Source: Acidimicrobiia bacterium
GTDB lineage: Bacteria; Actinomycetota; Acidimicrobiia; Acidimicrobiales; JANYDT01
Direction of reading: 5' to 3'
Assembly (NCBI GenBank): GCA_031385545.1
Contig: JANNBN010000166.1
Coordinates: 83,826 to 147,825, forward strand
DNA length: 64,000 nucleotides
Shown here in pieces: positions 1 through 9,284 of this stretch. Every line of letters begins with the position of its first letter. The stretch's first letter is position 1. A program made the translations under genes and the position numbers. The notes under the pieces are model-generated. The model searched no databases and had not been told where the DNA came from. It was given only the letters and a program-made list of their open reading frames with translations.

Positions 1-2
1 CA

Positions 3-401
3 ACCTTTACGATCACGCACCGCAACAGCCGCATTCCTCGAACCGGTGTCGTGATGAATTTCATCGCGGACGACGCTCAGGACAACAGTTGGTACTTCGA
101 CGTGTCTGGCGCATTCACAACTACCCGCGGCGGACTCCTTCGGACCGACACCGTCTGGAAAACGCTGGGCAGAGCCAACGTGTTGTCGCGTCGGGTTCCG
201 AACCACCGACTTGTCTTCCTCACATCACACCTTCCCAAACCGGGGAGCGAAGGTGACGTCGCGCTTCGAGCGGCGGGGCCAGGAGCGTTCTTCGACGTCA
301 TTGAGATGCTCTCGCCGCGTGACATGGTTCGACTCACTGCCTATGCAACCGGCAACCGCGACAAACCTCTTGAGGGGTTTTGGCGGGCCAAAGATCTGTA
401 G
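3..401 (+). CDS. hypothetical protein, unknown function; probably continues upstream of the window (alternative internal starts GTG 51 / ATG 54)
   Basis: ORF track 51..401. The same frame has no stop codon back to nt 3. Stop TAG 399-401. No motif recognised. First of three tightly packed same-strand ORFs in a lower-GC stretch. Confidence 0.4.
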   Translation, partial: TFTITHRNSRIPRTGVVMNFIADDAQDNSWYFDVSGAFTTTRGGLLRTDTVWKTLGRANVLSRRVPNHRLVFLTSHLPKPGSEGDVALRAAGPGAFFDVIEMLSPRDMVRLTAYATGNRDKPLEGFWRAKDL

Positions 402-412
402 CGCTTCCGACG

Positions 413-742
413 ATGCCGCGATTAGTTGCTCACGCAGTTGTCCGAGAGGATCCGCCGCGGGTGTTTCTTGCAGAGGACGAAATGACCCTGAACTGGGTCT
501 TGGCTTTGCGCGTCGTGGCTCAAACAAGAGTCGACGAACTCACCGAGGCGGTCCGAATTCGGCTTCGCCAGGCAATATTGGATGAGCAGTGGGGGGAAGC
601 AGTCGAACTATGGATCATGCAAACAGGCACGCCGATAGACGTCTATGCATCGACGGAAATCGCTTCCGGATACGATACCGCTCTGAACGCGGCCGAGATC
701 CAGTTCTCGCCGCTCTTTCGTGATTTCGGAACGTCGAGTTGA
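413..742 (+). CDS. hypothetical small protein, unknown function (alternative TTG start at 380)
   Basis: ORF track 380..742. In-frame ATG at 413, 11 nt after the stop of the upstream ORF. Its stop TGA 740-742 overlaps the TTG start of the next ORF (TTGA). No motif recognised. Confidence 0.4.
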   Translation: MPRLVAHAVVREDPPRVFLAEDEMTLNWVLALRVVAQTRVDELTEAVRIRLRQAILDEQWGEAVELWIMQTGTPIDVYASTEIASGYDTALNAAEIQFSPLFRDFGTSS

Positions 743-1743
743 GCGACGCAAAGACCAACGTCACCGAACTTGCCACCGCACTAGGAATCCTCGGAATTCC
801 GGGGCTTGACGTGACTAGAGACCGATTACCGCCAATAGTCGGGGTCGATCAGCGAGCATGGGAGTCAGCAGTCGTTGCGGCCGAAGGTGGAGCACACACA
901 GAACTGTTTTGGCTCGCTTATGAGAACGGGCAGCATTTCCTCCGCGCTCCCGACGGTCTCAACAACCGCTTGCCTCGAGTCGTGCAATGGAAAGGTCCAC
1001 ATAAGGCAGTTGGTGACGAAGCGACGCCCGTGGACCTACGGATCGATCACGTCTACCTCATCAGCTGCAAGTACTTGTCGAAAGTTCTTCACAATTCGTC
1101 ACCTGGCGCTCTCTTTGACCGATTGTTGACCGGCGGTCAAGGTAGACGGACGACCACCGACTGGTTTTTGGAGATAGCTCCCGACGAGTACCAGGCGTAC
1201 TACGAACACGCAGTATCGGTGCTGGGCACAAGCAACCACTTCCCGTCACGTGTGGGCAGCCTGCAGAAGGAACACCGTGAACTCCTCAAGGACCTGCGAC
1301 GGCACTCGGCGCCCGAACTGGATGCCGCCGCGAGCGCACTGCATTCGCGCGTGTCGGAACGGACGGCAGAGCGGTGGCGGGAAACAATTGGAACAGACTC
1401 CACGGACAACCGAACGATGCTGTGGAGGCTTTTGAGAGTTGGAAGCGCACCGTATTTCGTGCTCGGGGCCGTTCCGGATGCGCCACTCCGGCTGCGGGTG
1501 GCAACGCCGTGGGACTGGGTCCAGCGGTATGACCTTAAGTCCTTTGTGATTTCGCCAAGACGAGGCGGCCAGTCGATGGTGTCATGGGAAGCGGTGTTCG
1601 ACGATCGAATGACCTCGTTGCGAAACTCGGTGGCTGGTCACGTGGAAATTCGTTGGAGCCACGGAAAGTTCTGCGGCCAGCCGGAGGCAAAGGTTTACTT
1701 GGACACGCCAGTCGAAGAGGTCCCCGGCTATTTCCGCCTCTGA
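739..1743 (+). CDS. hypothetical 334-aa protein; weak PD-(D/E)xK-like nuclease pattern (PVDLRIDHVYLISCKYLSK)
   Basis: ORF track 739..1743, TTG start overlapping the upstream stop. Uses codons rare for a high-GC actinobacterium (CTA, AGA, TTA, ATA between 781 and 840). The D...S-x-K segment is a pattern-only resemblance to nuclease cores. Confidence 0.5.
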   Translation: MSDAKTNVTELATALGILGIPGLDVTRDRLPPIVGVDQRAWESAVVAAEGGAHTELFWLAYENGQHFLRAPDGLNNRLPRVVQWKGPHKAVGDEATPVDLRIDHVYLISCKYLSKVLHNSSPGALFDRLLTGGQGRRTTTDWFLEIAPDEYQAYYEHAVSVLGTSNHFPSRVGSLQKEHRELLKDLRRHSAPELDAAASALHSRVSERTAERWRETIGTDSTDNRTMLWRLLRVGSAPYFVLGAVPDAPLRLRVATPWDWVQRYDLKSFVISPRRGGQSMVSWEAVFDDRMTSLRNSVAGHVEIRWSHGKFCGQPEAKVYLDTPVEEVPGYFRL

Positions 1744-1753
1744 CTCCCTTTCT

Positions 1754-1779
1754 GTTCTGCTACTTGCACACAGCAGAAC
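1754..1779. terminator. hairpin between convergent genes (8-bp stem GTTCTGCT/AGCAGAAC, 10-nt loop)
   Basis: Inverted repeat 1754-1761 / 1772-1779, directly after the stop at 1743 and before the convergent stop at 1815. No clear U-tract. Confidence 0.25.
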
Positions 1780-1814
1780 GAGCAGCGGCGGGCAGGTCGC
1801 TCTAGTATTTAGTT

Positions 1815-3350
1815 TTAGGGGCTGCGACGTGATCGCTGCCAGCGTTGCAACTTGGTGAGGAGGCCCGTGGTCGGGATGGACCAGACCGGTTCGGGAGCCA
1901 AACCCCATCGACCCAGCAGTTCGTTGGCGGCCAGGAAGCCGGTAGCCACTGCACGTTCCATCAGAGCGGTCGGGAATGGGACGCGCACCAGATCACCGGC
2001 GAGCGCGAGGCCGGGCGTCGGCGTGGCAACGACCGGACGTCGGGCGTAACTACCCGGTTGGAATGCCGGGCAATCCCCTCGGATCATCAGTCGCTCGTCC
2101 AAGATATGCATACCGCAAGTCTCTGGGTAACACTGGTTCAGCTGAGCCAGTAGTTCTGCCCTCACCCGCACCTCGTCGACCGATCTCCCGTACTCCTGAC
2201 CGAGCGCGTATGCGTGCGTCTCGATGACGCTGCCACCGGTCTTGCGTGCCCAGGCGCGGGCCTCATCCTGATACCGGTGCACGCACGAGATGTTGTCGAT
2301 GATGCCGAACCCGGCAGTCCCTGCAAACGGTGCGCGGTCAGGCTGCACGTCGCGGTCGAACCACACCCGATGCACCGCAAACGGTGGCGCCGCTTCCAGC
2401 GCACCGACATCGCTACGCCAGGCTGCATCACCCATCCAAGGGTTGGCGGCGACCACGTCGCGAAGCCCACTCACACTGAGGGCCAGCACCACTCCGTGGC
2501 GCTGGGAGACCGGCTCGACACTCAAGACCGGGGACGACACACGCACACGCACACCGCGCCCTTCAAGGGACCGGCTGGCAGGTTCCCAGAACGCATCGGC
2601 GAACGGCCGTTGGAGTACGTCGAAGCAGATGCCCTCCCTGCTCCCAAGGAAGTAGAGGTGGAACATCATCAGCATCTCGCCGGCACTCATACGGTCCTCG
2701 GGGTTGAAGAACGAATGCGCGAATACCTCGAACAGCATTCGGCGCGCCTCGGCAGGAAACCCGACGCTGTCCAGATATTGCGCAGCACTCATCGAATCAA
2801 AGCGCGCATACGTATCGTCACCGTCGAACGCGAGCATTTCCGCTGCATGGTCACCATTGATCCGGCGCAGGTCCTGCAACCCAATCGTGGGCGTGCGGCG
2901 CACCAGCTCGATCAGGTTCAGCGGCGGGCGATGCGGCAGGTTCTTGAGGGACTCCACTGCGCCGTTCGGACCGAACAACGGGTAGTCCTCCAGCGACCGC
3001 AGGGACCTCAGTTCCGGGTCCCAGCGTTTCATAAGCGCACGAACGTTGTAGTACTGCCGAAAGAACGCGTGGAAGCCCCGTTCCATCTGAATTGGTCCTC
3101 CGCCAGCCGCCGGGTTGAGCTGGTCCGGCCACGAGCTCACCCTGCCACCCAGCACCGGCTGCGCCTCGTGCAGATCGACGGTGATGCCACGTTCGGCCAA
3201 CACCATCGCAGCTGCGGTTCCAGCCAGGCCGCCGCCAACCACGGTCGTCCGATAACCGGCCCCTGCGGGCGCATTGAGCGGAAGGGACGAGCCGAGAGGG
3301 GTGACCACCGAAGCGCGCGTATCTCTCGCGCCTGCGTAGGGAACACTCAC
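1815..3350 (-). CDS. FAD-dependent oxidoreductase, phytoene-desaturase / amine-oxidase (HpnE-like) family
   Basis: N-terminal dinucleotide-binding motif VVGGGLAGTAAAMVLAERG...LHEA..VLGGR. GFHAFFRQYYN segment typical of PDS/HpnE-type enzymes. C-terminal LALAGDLV...ATGFLAANELL. Start placed at GTG 3350, which forms a GTGA overlap with the upstream methyltransferase stop. The longer ORF-track start (3575) gives an Arg-rich extension that overlaps that gene. Confidence 0.7.
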   Translation of the reverse strand: MSVPYAGARDTRASVVTPLGSSLPLNAPAGAGYRTTVVGGGLAGTAAAMVLAERGITVDLHEAQPVLGGRVSSWPDQLNPAAGGGPIQMERGFHAFFRQYYNVRALMKRWDPELRSLRSLEDYPLFGPNGAVESLKNLPHRPPLNLIELVRRTPTIGLQDLRRINGDHAAEMLAFDGDDTYARFDSMSAAQYLDSVGFPAEARRMLFEVFAHSFFNPEDRMSAGEMLMMFHLYFLGSREGICFDVLQRPFADAFWEPASRSLEGRGVRVRVSSPVLSVEPVSQRHGVVLALSVSGLRDVVAANPWMGDAAWRSDVGALEAAPPFAVHRVWFDRDVQPDRAPFAGTAGFGIIDNISCVHRYQDEARAWARKTGGSVIETHAYALGQEYGRSVDEVRVRAELLAQLNQCYPETCGMHILDERLMIRGDCPAFQPGSYARRPVVATPTPGLALAGDLVRVPFPTALMERAVATGFLAANELLGRWGLAPEPVWSIPTTGLLTKLQRWQRSRRSP

Positions 3351-4132
3351 GCCGGGCGTCTCGCGAGGAAGGAATGCACCACACCGTCCTGCCAGAAGTC
3401 GAACCGCGCCTTGCCTACCACGGGCATGGTGCGCACGTCGGCGAAACCATGGTTCCTGAGTCGGCCTTCGAACGCCCGAACACCGTCGAACCGCAGCACG
3501 CTGCGCCACAGATACCGGTAGATGCGGGTGTGACGGCTGGTGATCAGCCCGGCCGGAATGATGATCCCCCAGCACACCGTGGTCCAGGTGCCGATGGCCC
3601 GGGGAGAGTCACGCACGCTGTACTCGTGGAAGCAGATCGGAGCACCGGGCTTCAGAAGAGGCAGCAATCGGTCAAGGCACACGTCGGGGTCAGCCATGTT
3701 GCGAATGCCGTAAGCCATGAGGACTGCGTCGAAGGGTTCATCCCCCAAGGTCGCGGCAGGGTCCATTGCATCGCCCAGCACGAACGACACGTTGTCGATT
3801 GACCGGAACATCGCCTTCGAGCGCGCCTGTTCCAGCATTCCAGCTGATGCGTCCAGCCCGACAACGGAAGCCTCGGGGTATGCAGCGACAACACCGGCGG
3901 TAGACAGGCCGGTACCGCAACACAGGTCAAGAATTCGCAGTCCCGTCCCGGTACCCGTGAGTCCGAGCCGTTCGGCGCTCAGCGCCAGGTGTTCGACATA
4001 TCCGGGGTTGCGCTGCACAAGGGTGTCGTAGGTCCCGGCAACTCTGTCGAAGTCGGCCGGAACCTCTCGCTTGCGTTCACTGAACGGCTTGGTATTCACG
4101 ACGGGCCACGCTACCGGTGACTGACACTCCAT
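3347..4132 (-). CDS. class I SAM-dependent methyltransferase
   Basis: Motif I LRILDLCCGTGLST, followed by VVGLDAS and FDAVLMAYGIRN (post-I/II motifs of small-molecule methyltransferases). Translationally coupled to the downstream oxidoreductase. Confidence 0.75.
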   Translation of the reverse strand: MECQSPVAWPVVNTKPFSERKREVPADFDRVAGTYDTLVQRNPGYVEHLALSAERLGLTGTGTGLRILDLCCGTGLSTAGVVAAYPEASVVGLDASAGMLEQARSKAMFRSIDNVSFVLGDAMDPAATLGDEPFDAVLMAYGIRNMADPDVCLDRLLPLLKPGAPICFHEYSVRDSPRAIGTWTTVCWGIIIPAGLITSRHTRIYRYLWRSVLRFDGVRAFEGRLRNHGFADVRTMPVVGKARFDFWQDGVVHSFLARRPA

Positions 4133-4196
4133 TTGAGAGTTCCAGGCCCGCTGCCTGGACCCGGACCATGGCCGGATAGGAGGTCACGATGGGAGG

Positions 4197-5153
4197 TCAC
4201 GATGGGAACAGCGAAACCGCGTCGATGCTGCCCGGCTTACCGCCGGTTCGGACCAACTCGTTCATCGCTCGCTGCAGGGCTTCGTTGACCGGAGCCGGGT
4301 ATCCGCATGACCGGGCAAGCAGGACGATCTCACCGTTGAGGTAGTCGGTCTCGATGGAACGGCCGGTGACGATGGACTGCCACGTGGAACCACCTCCCCG
4401 ATGCTTTCCGTTGATCGGCCGGTATCGCATCGACGCACGTTGCGCGGCCTCTTCCGCTTCGGTGGCCGCGTCGATGCCCGCTGCTTCAAGTACCTGCTCG
4501 GCCTCGCGTGCAGCCAGCATCACAAGCTCCTTCGCACCGTCGCTCGACCGACCACAGGCGGCTTCGACCGCATTGCCCGTGTTGAGGATGAGCTTGCGGT
4601 ACTTCGCCCGCATCACGTCGGGGCGGGCAACGGAGAGAAACCGTGATGAAGCGAGCATCGCTGCCAACTCCGTTGCCGTTCCGCTTTCGCCTGATGGATA
4701 CCGGCCGACGTCGAGCGAGCCACCGATCGGTGCACTGATCACCTGCACGACCCCCGGCTCAAGGAACGCGGTCGGCATCATCACGTTGACCCCCAACACA
4801 TTGGGGAACAGGCGAAGTGCTGTGCGTTCAGCCTCGACTCCGTTCGTGGCACACGCAACCGTGATGGTGGCCGGTGCCACAGCGTGCAGGTCAGCCAAGG
4901 CCCGTGCGGCATCCTGTGTCTTGGTAGCGAGCAGCACCACATCGTCATGGCGGTACGCAACTTCGGCGGGCGAATCGACCACAACGACCGGAAGCGTGAC
5001 CGTCTCGTCGGGATCTTCGAGCCGCAAGCCGGTCGTCCGCATGGCATCGAGGTGAGCTCCCCTGGCGATCAGCACCACATCGTGGCCGTGCTGGTGCAAG
5101 CGGCCACCGACGACACCGCCAATGCCACCTGCGCCCAGGACGATGACTCGCAT
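4197..5153 (-). CDS. panE: 2-dehydropantoate 2-reductase (ketopantoate reductase) family protein
   Basis: MRVIVLGAGGIGGVVGGRL Rossmann N-terminus and ApbA/PanE-like length and layout. Start set at ATG 5153 (MRVIVLG) rather than the ORF-track 5243, which overlaps the upstream gene. Confidence 0.65.
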   Translation of the reverse strand: MRVIVLGAGGIGGVVGGRLHQHGHDVVLIARGAHLDAMRTTGLRLEDPDETVTLPVVVVDSPAEVAYRHDDVVLLATKTQDAARALADLHAVAPATITVACATNGVEAERTALRLFPNVLGVNVMMPTAFLEPGVVQVISAPIGGSLDVGRYPSGESGTATELAAMLASSRFLSVARPDVMRAKYRKLILNTGNAVEAACGRSSDGAKELVMLAAREAEQVLEAAGIDAATEAEEAAQRASMRYRPINGKHRGGGSTWQSIVTGRSIETDYLNGEIVLLARSCGYPAPVNEALQRAMNELVRTGGKPGSIDAVSLFPS

Positions 5154-5172
5154 AATGCGGCAGGTTAGGCCG

Positions 5173-7035
5173 TCAGAACGGAACTCGGGGACCGGGGACC
5201 GCGGAACGGACGGTGCGAACACGGATCGTGACAGGACTGGCACCGGTCGGCTGGCACCACACCTGCAAGATCGGTGTTGCGGAGTTCAACTGCCCCGACC
5301 GAACCGGTAGCTCCGCAGCGTGTGCATCAGTGCCCAACCACACCGCAGCAGGTGACTCGATCGCCAAACTGGACACATCAGGAGCGACCGTCACCGGGGA
5401 TCCGTCGCAGTCCACCTCCACGCCGGGTCCGGGTGCGGGCGATGTCATTGATACGTCGCTTGCATCCCACCGGATGAGCGGCGCCGTGGGCCCTTCGCTC
5501 AAACGATCCGACTGACCGAATCGATATGTGTGCGTACCAACTGCAGCGATGTGATCGAACTGCTGCAGGAATTCGGAAACCGTTTTGTTCCGTTGGGTTT
5601 CCGTCCACAAGACACCCGGACTGCCAAGTTCAGTGTCCAAGCGTGACGAGACTTCATCGACCAACGACACGGCCGCAATCAACGTGCCGTGACGGTCAGC
5701 CTCGAAGAACGGGTACGGGTTGTAGCCGAGCACAACCCCGAGAACTTCCTCGTCGCCCCAGGTCGCGCCGCGCAGATCGGCGACTGCTGCCGGACGAACA
5801 CGGTTCAACCGGCCGTAACGCTCACCGCTGACGAGCCAAAATCCGCAGATGTGAACCCCCACGAACAGCAATGCGAGGAACCGCTTCCCCCGCAACTTCT
5901 GCTGCAGCCCATGCGCACCGATTCCCATCACCACACAGACCGCAGGAGTAATGGCCGACAGGTAATAGTCGTGCACGGCGTACACGCCAAGAAACACCAT
6001 GCACGCTGTGAACGGCACGCTGATCAACGCGACCCCAACACCCAAGTTGCTTCGCCTCGCCATGGCCCGCAGCCCGACCGCTATCAACACGACGCCCATA
6101 CCCCCGAGGAACAACGGCGTGCGTGCCGCGATGCGCCCCCACGCTGCCAGATCGAATCGATCCGACAAGGTTCGGAACACTCCGTCGTGCACAGCGGAAG
6201 AGGTGAGGTTGGCTGTCAACAGGTTCCGCAGCTTGAGTTGGTCAGCCCAAGCCGTCCACGCGATCCCTGCCGCGACCGGGACCCCCGTGAGCACCGCGCA
6301 CGCAGCCGGCCGCCACACCCGTGTCGGCCGAACGGCCGCAACCAGAACAAGCACCCACGGAAGCAACGTGGTCATCTTCGACGTCGCGGCGACCGCGCCC
6401 AGGACGACCGCGCAAAGACCCCACGCAGCGGACCTCCGTCTGCTCTGGGATCGAGCAACGCTGTTCATCGATGCGATGATCCAGAACAGAACTGCTGCGG
6501 TTGTGAAGGACTCGATCAGGCTGACTCGACCCCACAGCATGGTGAACGGGTTCAAAAGAAAGAGCCCTGCGGCCCAGAGGCCGGCCCGTTCCCCGCCAAC
6601 ACGCTTGGCGATGATCGACACACCGAGCGCCGTCACGATGGTGAACGTCATGGCGACAACGCGCAACGCAACCATGTCAGGAACACCCAGACGCATCAGC
6701 CAAGCTGCCAACGCCTGGTACCAGGGCAGCTCGAACGCAACGTACGCCCGCGGCCCGAAGACAGACAGGCGTGGGTGGAACAGGTCGATCCCCGTTCGGG
6801 CGAAGATCCTGGCGGTATCCGCCGTCTGAGCCTGGCGCCACCCCTGGTGTTCACCCGACCACGCGTTCAACGTCGGGATGGCGGACGCAACGTATATCGC
6901 GGCCACGAGTCCAAGGATCCGGTGGTAGCGACTCACCAACAGTCTGGTTGTTGGGTTCCGACCGTCGCCGAGCCCACTCGGCCCCCGCTCGGGAGGGCGC
7001 GTCAGCGGGGCAATGGTTGCTTCGAGCCGCTCCAC
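5173..7035 (-). CDS. polytopic membrane glycosyltransferase, GT-C fold (ArnT/PMT-like) with C-terminal extracytoplasmic domain
   Basis: About 400 aa of repeated hydrophobic helices (for example LVAAIYVASAIPTL, LWAAGLFLLNPFTMLWG), then a roughly 200-aa soluble tail. General resemblance to phospholipid-carrier-dependent glycosyltransferases. Confidence 0.5.
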   Translation of the reverse strand: MERLEATIAPLTRPPERGPSGLGDGRNPTTRLLVSRYHRILGLVAAIYVASAIPTLNAWSGEHQGWRQAQTADTARIFARTGIDLFHPRLSVFGPRAYVAFELPWYQALAAWLMRLGVPDMVALRVVAMTFTIVTALGVSIIAKRVGGERAGLWAAGLFLLNPFTMLWGRVSLIESFTTAAVLFWIIASMNSVARSQSRRRSAAWGLCAVVLGAVAATSKMTTLLPWVLVLVAAVRPTRVWRPAACAVLTGVPVAAGIAWTAWADQLKLRNLLTANLTSSAVHDGVFRTLSDRFDLAAWGRIAARTPLFLGGMGVVLIAVGLRAMARRSNLGVGVALISVPFTACMVFLGVYAVHDYYLSAITPAVCVVMGIGAHGLQQKLRGKRFLALLFVGVHICGFWLVSGERYGRLNRVRPAAVADLRGATWGDEEVLGVVLGYNPYPFFEADRHGTLIAAVSLVDEVSSRLDTELGSPGVLWTETQRNKTVSEFLQQFDHIAAVGTHTYRFGQSDRLSEGPTAPLIRWDASDVSMTSPAPGPGVEVDCDGSPVTVAPDVSSLAIESPAAVWLGTDAHAAELPVRSGQLNSATPILQVWCQPTGASPVTIRVRTVRSAVPGPRVPF

Positions 7036-7148
7036 GGTATGGACTTCGGCGTCGTCATCCGTCGGCTTGAGCCGGAAGCGGGGGACAGGCCGGACTTCGG
7101 AGAATCCTGCTCTTCGGCCCGAGCCACATCGGCGAGACTGTTCCCCGC

Positions 7149-9284
7149 ATGAGCACCGTTACCCCACAGCCGACCATCAGCCCCACCGGCAAGCGCCGCA
7201 TCTTCGTCACAACGGCACTGCCGTACGCCAACGCGCCGTTCCACGTCGGCCACATGATGGAGTACGTCCAGGCTGACATCTGGGTGCGGTTCCAGCGCAT
7301 GCAGGGCCACGAGGTGCACTTCGTCTGTGCCGACGATACGCACGGTGCACCCATCATGATCGCCGCCGAGAAGGCTGGGCTGACGCCGCAGCAGTTCGTC
7401 GCAGACATCGCCGCCGGCCGTCAGCAGTACCTCGACGGGTTCAACATCCGCTTCGACAACTGGCATTCGACTGATGCACCCGAGAACCATCAGATCGCGC
7501 AAGACATCTACCGGTCGCTGCGCGACGCAGGGCTCATCGAAACGCGCGTCATCGAGCAGTTCTTCGACCCTGCCAAGCAAATGTTTTTGCCCGACCGGTT
7601 CATCAAGGGCACGTGCCCCATGTGCGGCACCGCCGACCAGTACGGGGACTCGTGCGAGAACTGCAGCAGTGTGTACTCGCCGACGGAACTCACCAACCCG
7701 TACTCCGTGCTGTCGGGTGCGACACCTGAATTACGCACCAGCGAGCACTACTTCTTCACGCTGTCCAAGCCCGAAGTTGTCTCGTATCTCCAAGAATGGA
7801 CCGCTGCCCAAGGGCGCCTGCAGCCCGAAACGTTGAACAAGATCCGCGAGTGGTTCGACGGTGGCATGAACGACTGGGACATCTCGCGCGACGCGCCGTA
7901 CTTCGGAATCGAGATTCCCGACGCTCCGGGCAAGTACTTCTACGTCTGGCTCGACGCGCCCATTGGCTACCTTGCATCGCTGCGCAACCACTTCGACAAG
8001 GGAGGGGCTGCCAACCACTGGCATCTGCCGTCTCGCACGCAGCAGACCTACGACCAGTTCGTGGCCGACGACAGCGTGGAGCAAGTGCACTTCATCGGGA
8101 AGGACATCGTCTACTTCCATACGTTGTTCTGGCCGGCAACCTTACATTTCAGTGGTCGCAAGACACCGAGCCAGGTGCACGTGCATGGGTTCCTTACCGT
8201 GAACGCGGAAAAGATGTCGAAGAGCCGTGGTACCGGCATCGACCCGCTCAAGTACCTGGGTATCGGCATGAACCCGGACTGGTTCCGCTACTACGTGGCG
8301 GCCAAGCTCAACGCCAACGTCGAAGACGTCGACTTCACCCCTGACGACTTCATGGCGCGCGTCAATTCCGACCTTGTCGGTAAATATGTCAACATCGCCA
8401 GTCGAGCCGCGGGGTTCCTGACGAAGCGGTTTGATTCAACGCTTTCCGCAGGTGTTCTGCACACATATGAATACCGTGGAGCGGCCGACGATCTCATCGC
8501 TCGCATAGCATCAGCGGCCATGGAGATCGCTTCGCTCTACGACGAGCGGGAATACTCCAAGGCGATTCGCCAGATCATGGCGCTGGTCGACGAGGCCAAT
8601 GGCCTCATCACCAGCATGAAGCCGTGGGACCTTGCAAAGGACCCGAACAAGGCAACCGATGTGCACGAAGCGTGCAGCATCTGCATCCAGCTCTTCGCGC
8701 AATTCACGGTGCTGCTGAAGCCGGTCATGCCGAAGCTTGCGGCCGATGCGGAAGTGTTCCTCGGCACCACCGAGCTGCTGTGGGACGACGTCTCGCGTTC
8801 GTTCGCCGGTTCGCGGATCGGTCAGTACAGCCACCTCATGAAACGGGTCGAGCTGGTCATGCTCGAAGAGTTGTTCGCGGCGCCACCCCAGCCACCCCAG
8901 CCAGCAGAAGAGGCCGTGCACCCTGGTGGCGAAGCAATCGCCGACACGGTCACCATCGATGACTTCGCCAAGGTCGATCTCCGGGTGGCGCTCATCGTGG
9001 ACGCGCAGCACGTCGACGGTTCCACCAAGCTGCTGCAGCTCACGCTCGACGTCGGCGAGGGTCGACATCGCAACGTGTTGTCAGGTATCAAAGGTGCTTA
9101 CGACCCGGCAGACCTGGTCGGCAAATTCACCGTGATGATCGCCAACCTCGCACCGCGCAAGATGAAGTTCGGCGTCAGCGAGGGCATGGTGCTCGCAGCC
9201 AGTCATGCCGACGAACATGCCGTCCCGGGCGTGTTCCTCCTCGACCCGCACTCCGGCGCTCGACCGGGGATGCGTATCAGCTAG
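7149..9284 (+). CDS. metG: methionine--tRNA ligase with C-terminal tRNA-binding domain
   Basis: HIGH-type motif [20 protein letters not shown] motif ([11 protein letters not shown]), zinc knuckle CPMCG...CENC, C-terminal EMAP/Trbp111-like segment [17 protein letters not shown]. Confidence 0.95.
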   Translation: MSTVTPQPTISPTGKRRIFVTTALPYANAPFHVGHMMEYVQADIWVRFQRMQGHEVHFVCADDTHGAPIMIAAEKAGLTPQQFVADIAAGRQQYLDGFNIRFDNWHSTDAPENHQIAQDIYRSLRDAGLIETRVIEQFFDPAKQMFLPDRFIKGTCPMCGTADQYGDSCENCSSVYSPTELTNPYSVLSGATPELRTSEHYFFTLSKPEVVSYLQEWTAAQGRLQPETLNKIREWFDGGMNDWDISRDAPYFGIEIPDAPGKYFYVWLDAPIGYLASLRNHFDKGGAANHWHLPSRTQQTYDQFVADDSVEQVHFIGKDIVYFHTLFWPATLHFSGRKTPSQVHVHGFLTVNAEKMSKSRGTGIDPLKYLGIGMNPDWFRYYVAAKLNANVEDVDFTPDDFMARVNSDLVGKYVNIASRAAGFLTKRFDSTLSAGVLHTYEYRGAADDLIARIASAAMEIASLYDEREYSKAIRQIMALVDEANGLITSMKPWDLAKDPNKATDVHEACSICIQLFAQFTVLLKPVMPKLAADAEVFLGTTELLWDDVSRSFAGSRIGQYSHLMKRVELVMLEELFAAPPQPPQPAEEAVHPGGEAIADTVTIDDFAKVDLRVALIVDAQHVDGSTKLLQLTLDVGEGRHRNVLSGIKGAYDPADLVGKFTVMIANLAPRKMKFGVSEGMVLAASHADEHAVPGVFLLDPHSGARPGMRIS

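Noticed and set aside
2214-3521. 435-aa plus-strand ORF
   Set aside because: It is antisense to the FAD oxidoreductase, which has clear dinucleotide-binding and C-terminal family motifs. The product is Arg-rich and low-complexity.
5689-7152. 487-aa plus-strand ORF
   Set aside because: It is antisense to the GT-C membrane glycosyltransferase, whose hydrophobic-helix pattern is convincing. Its translation is Arg/Pro/His-rich and motif-free.
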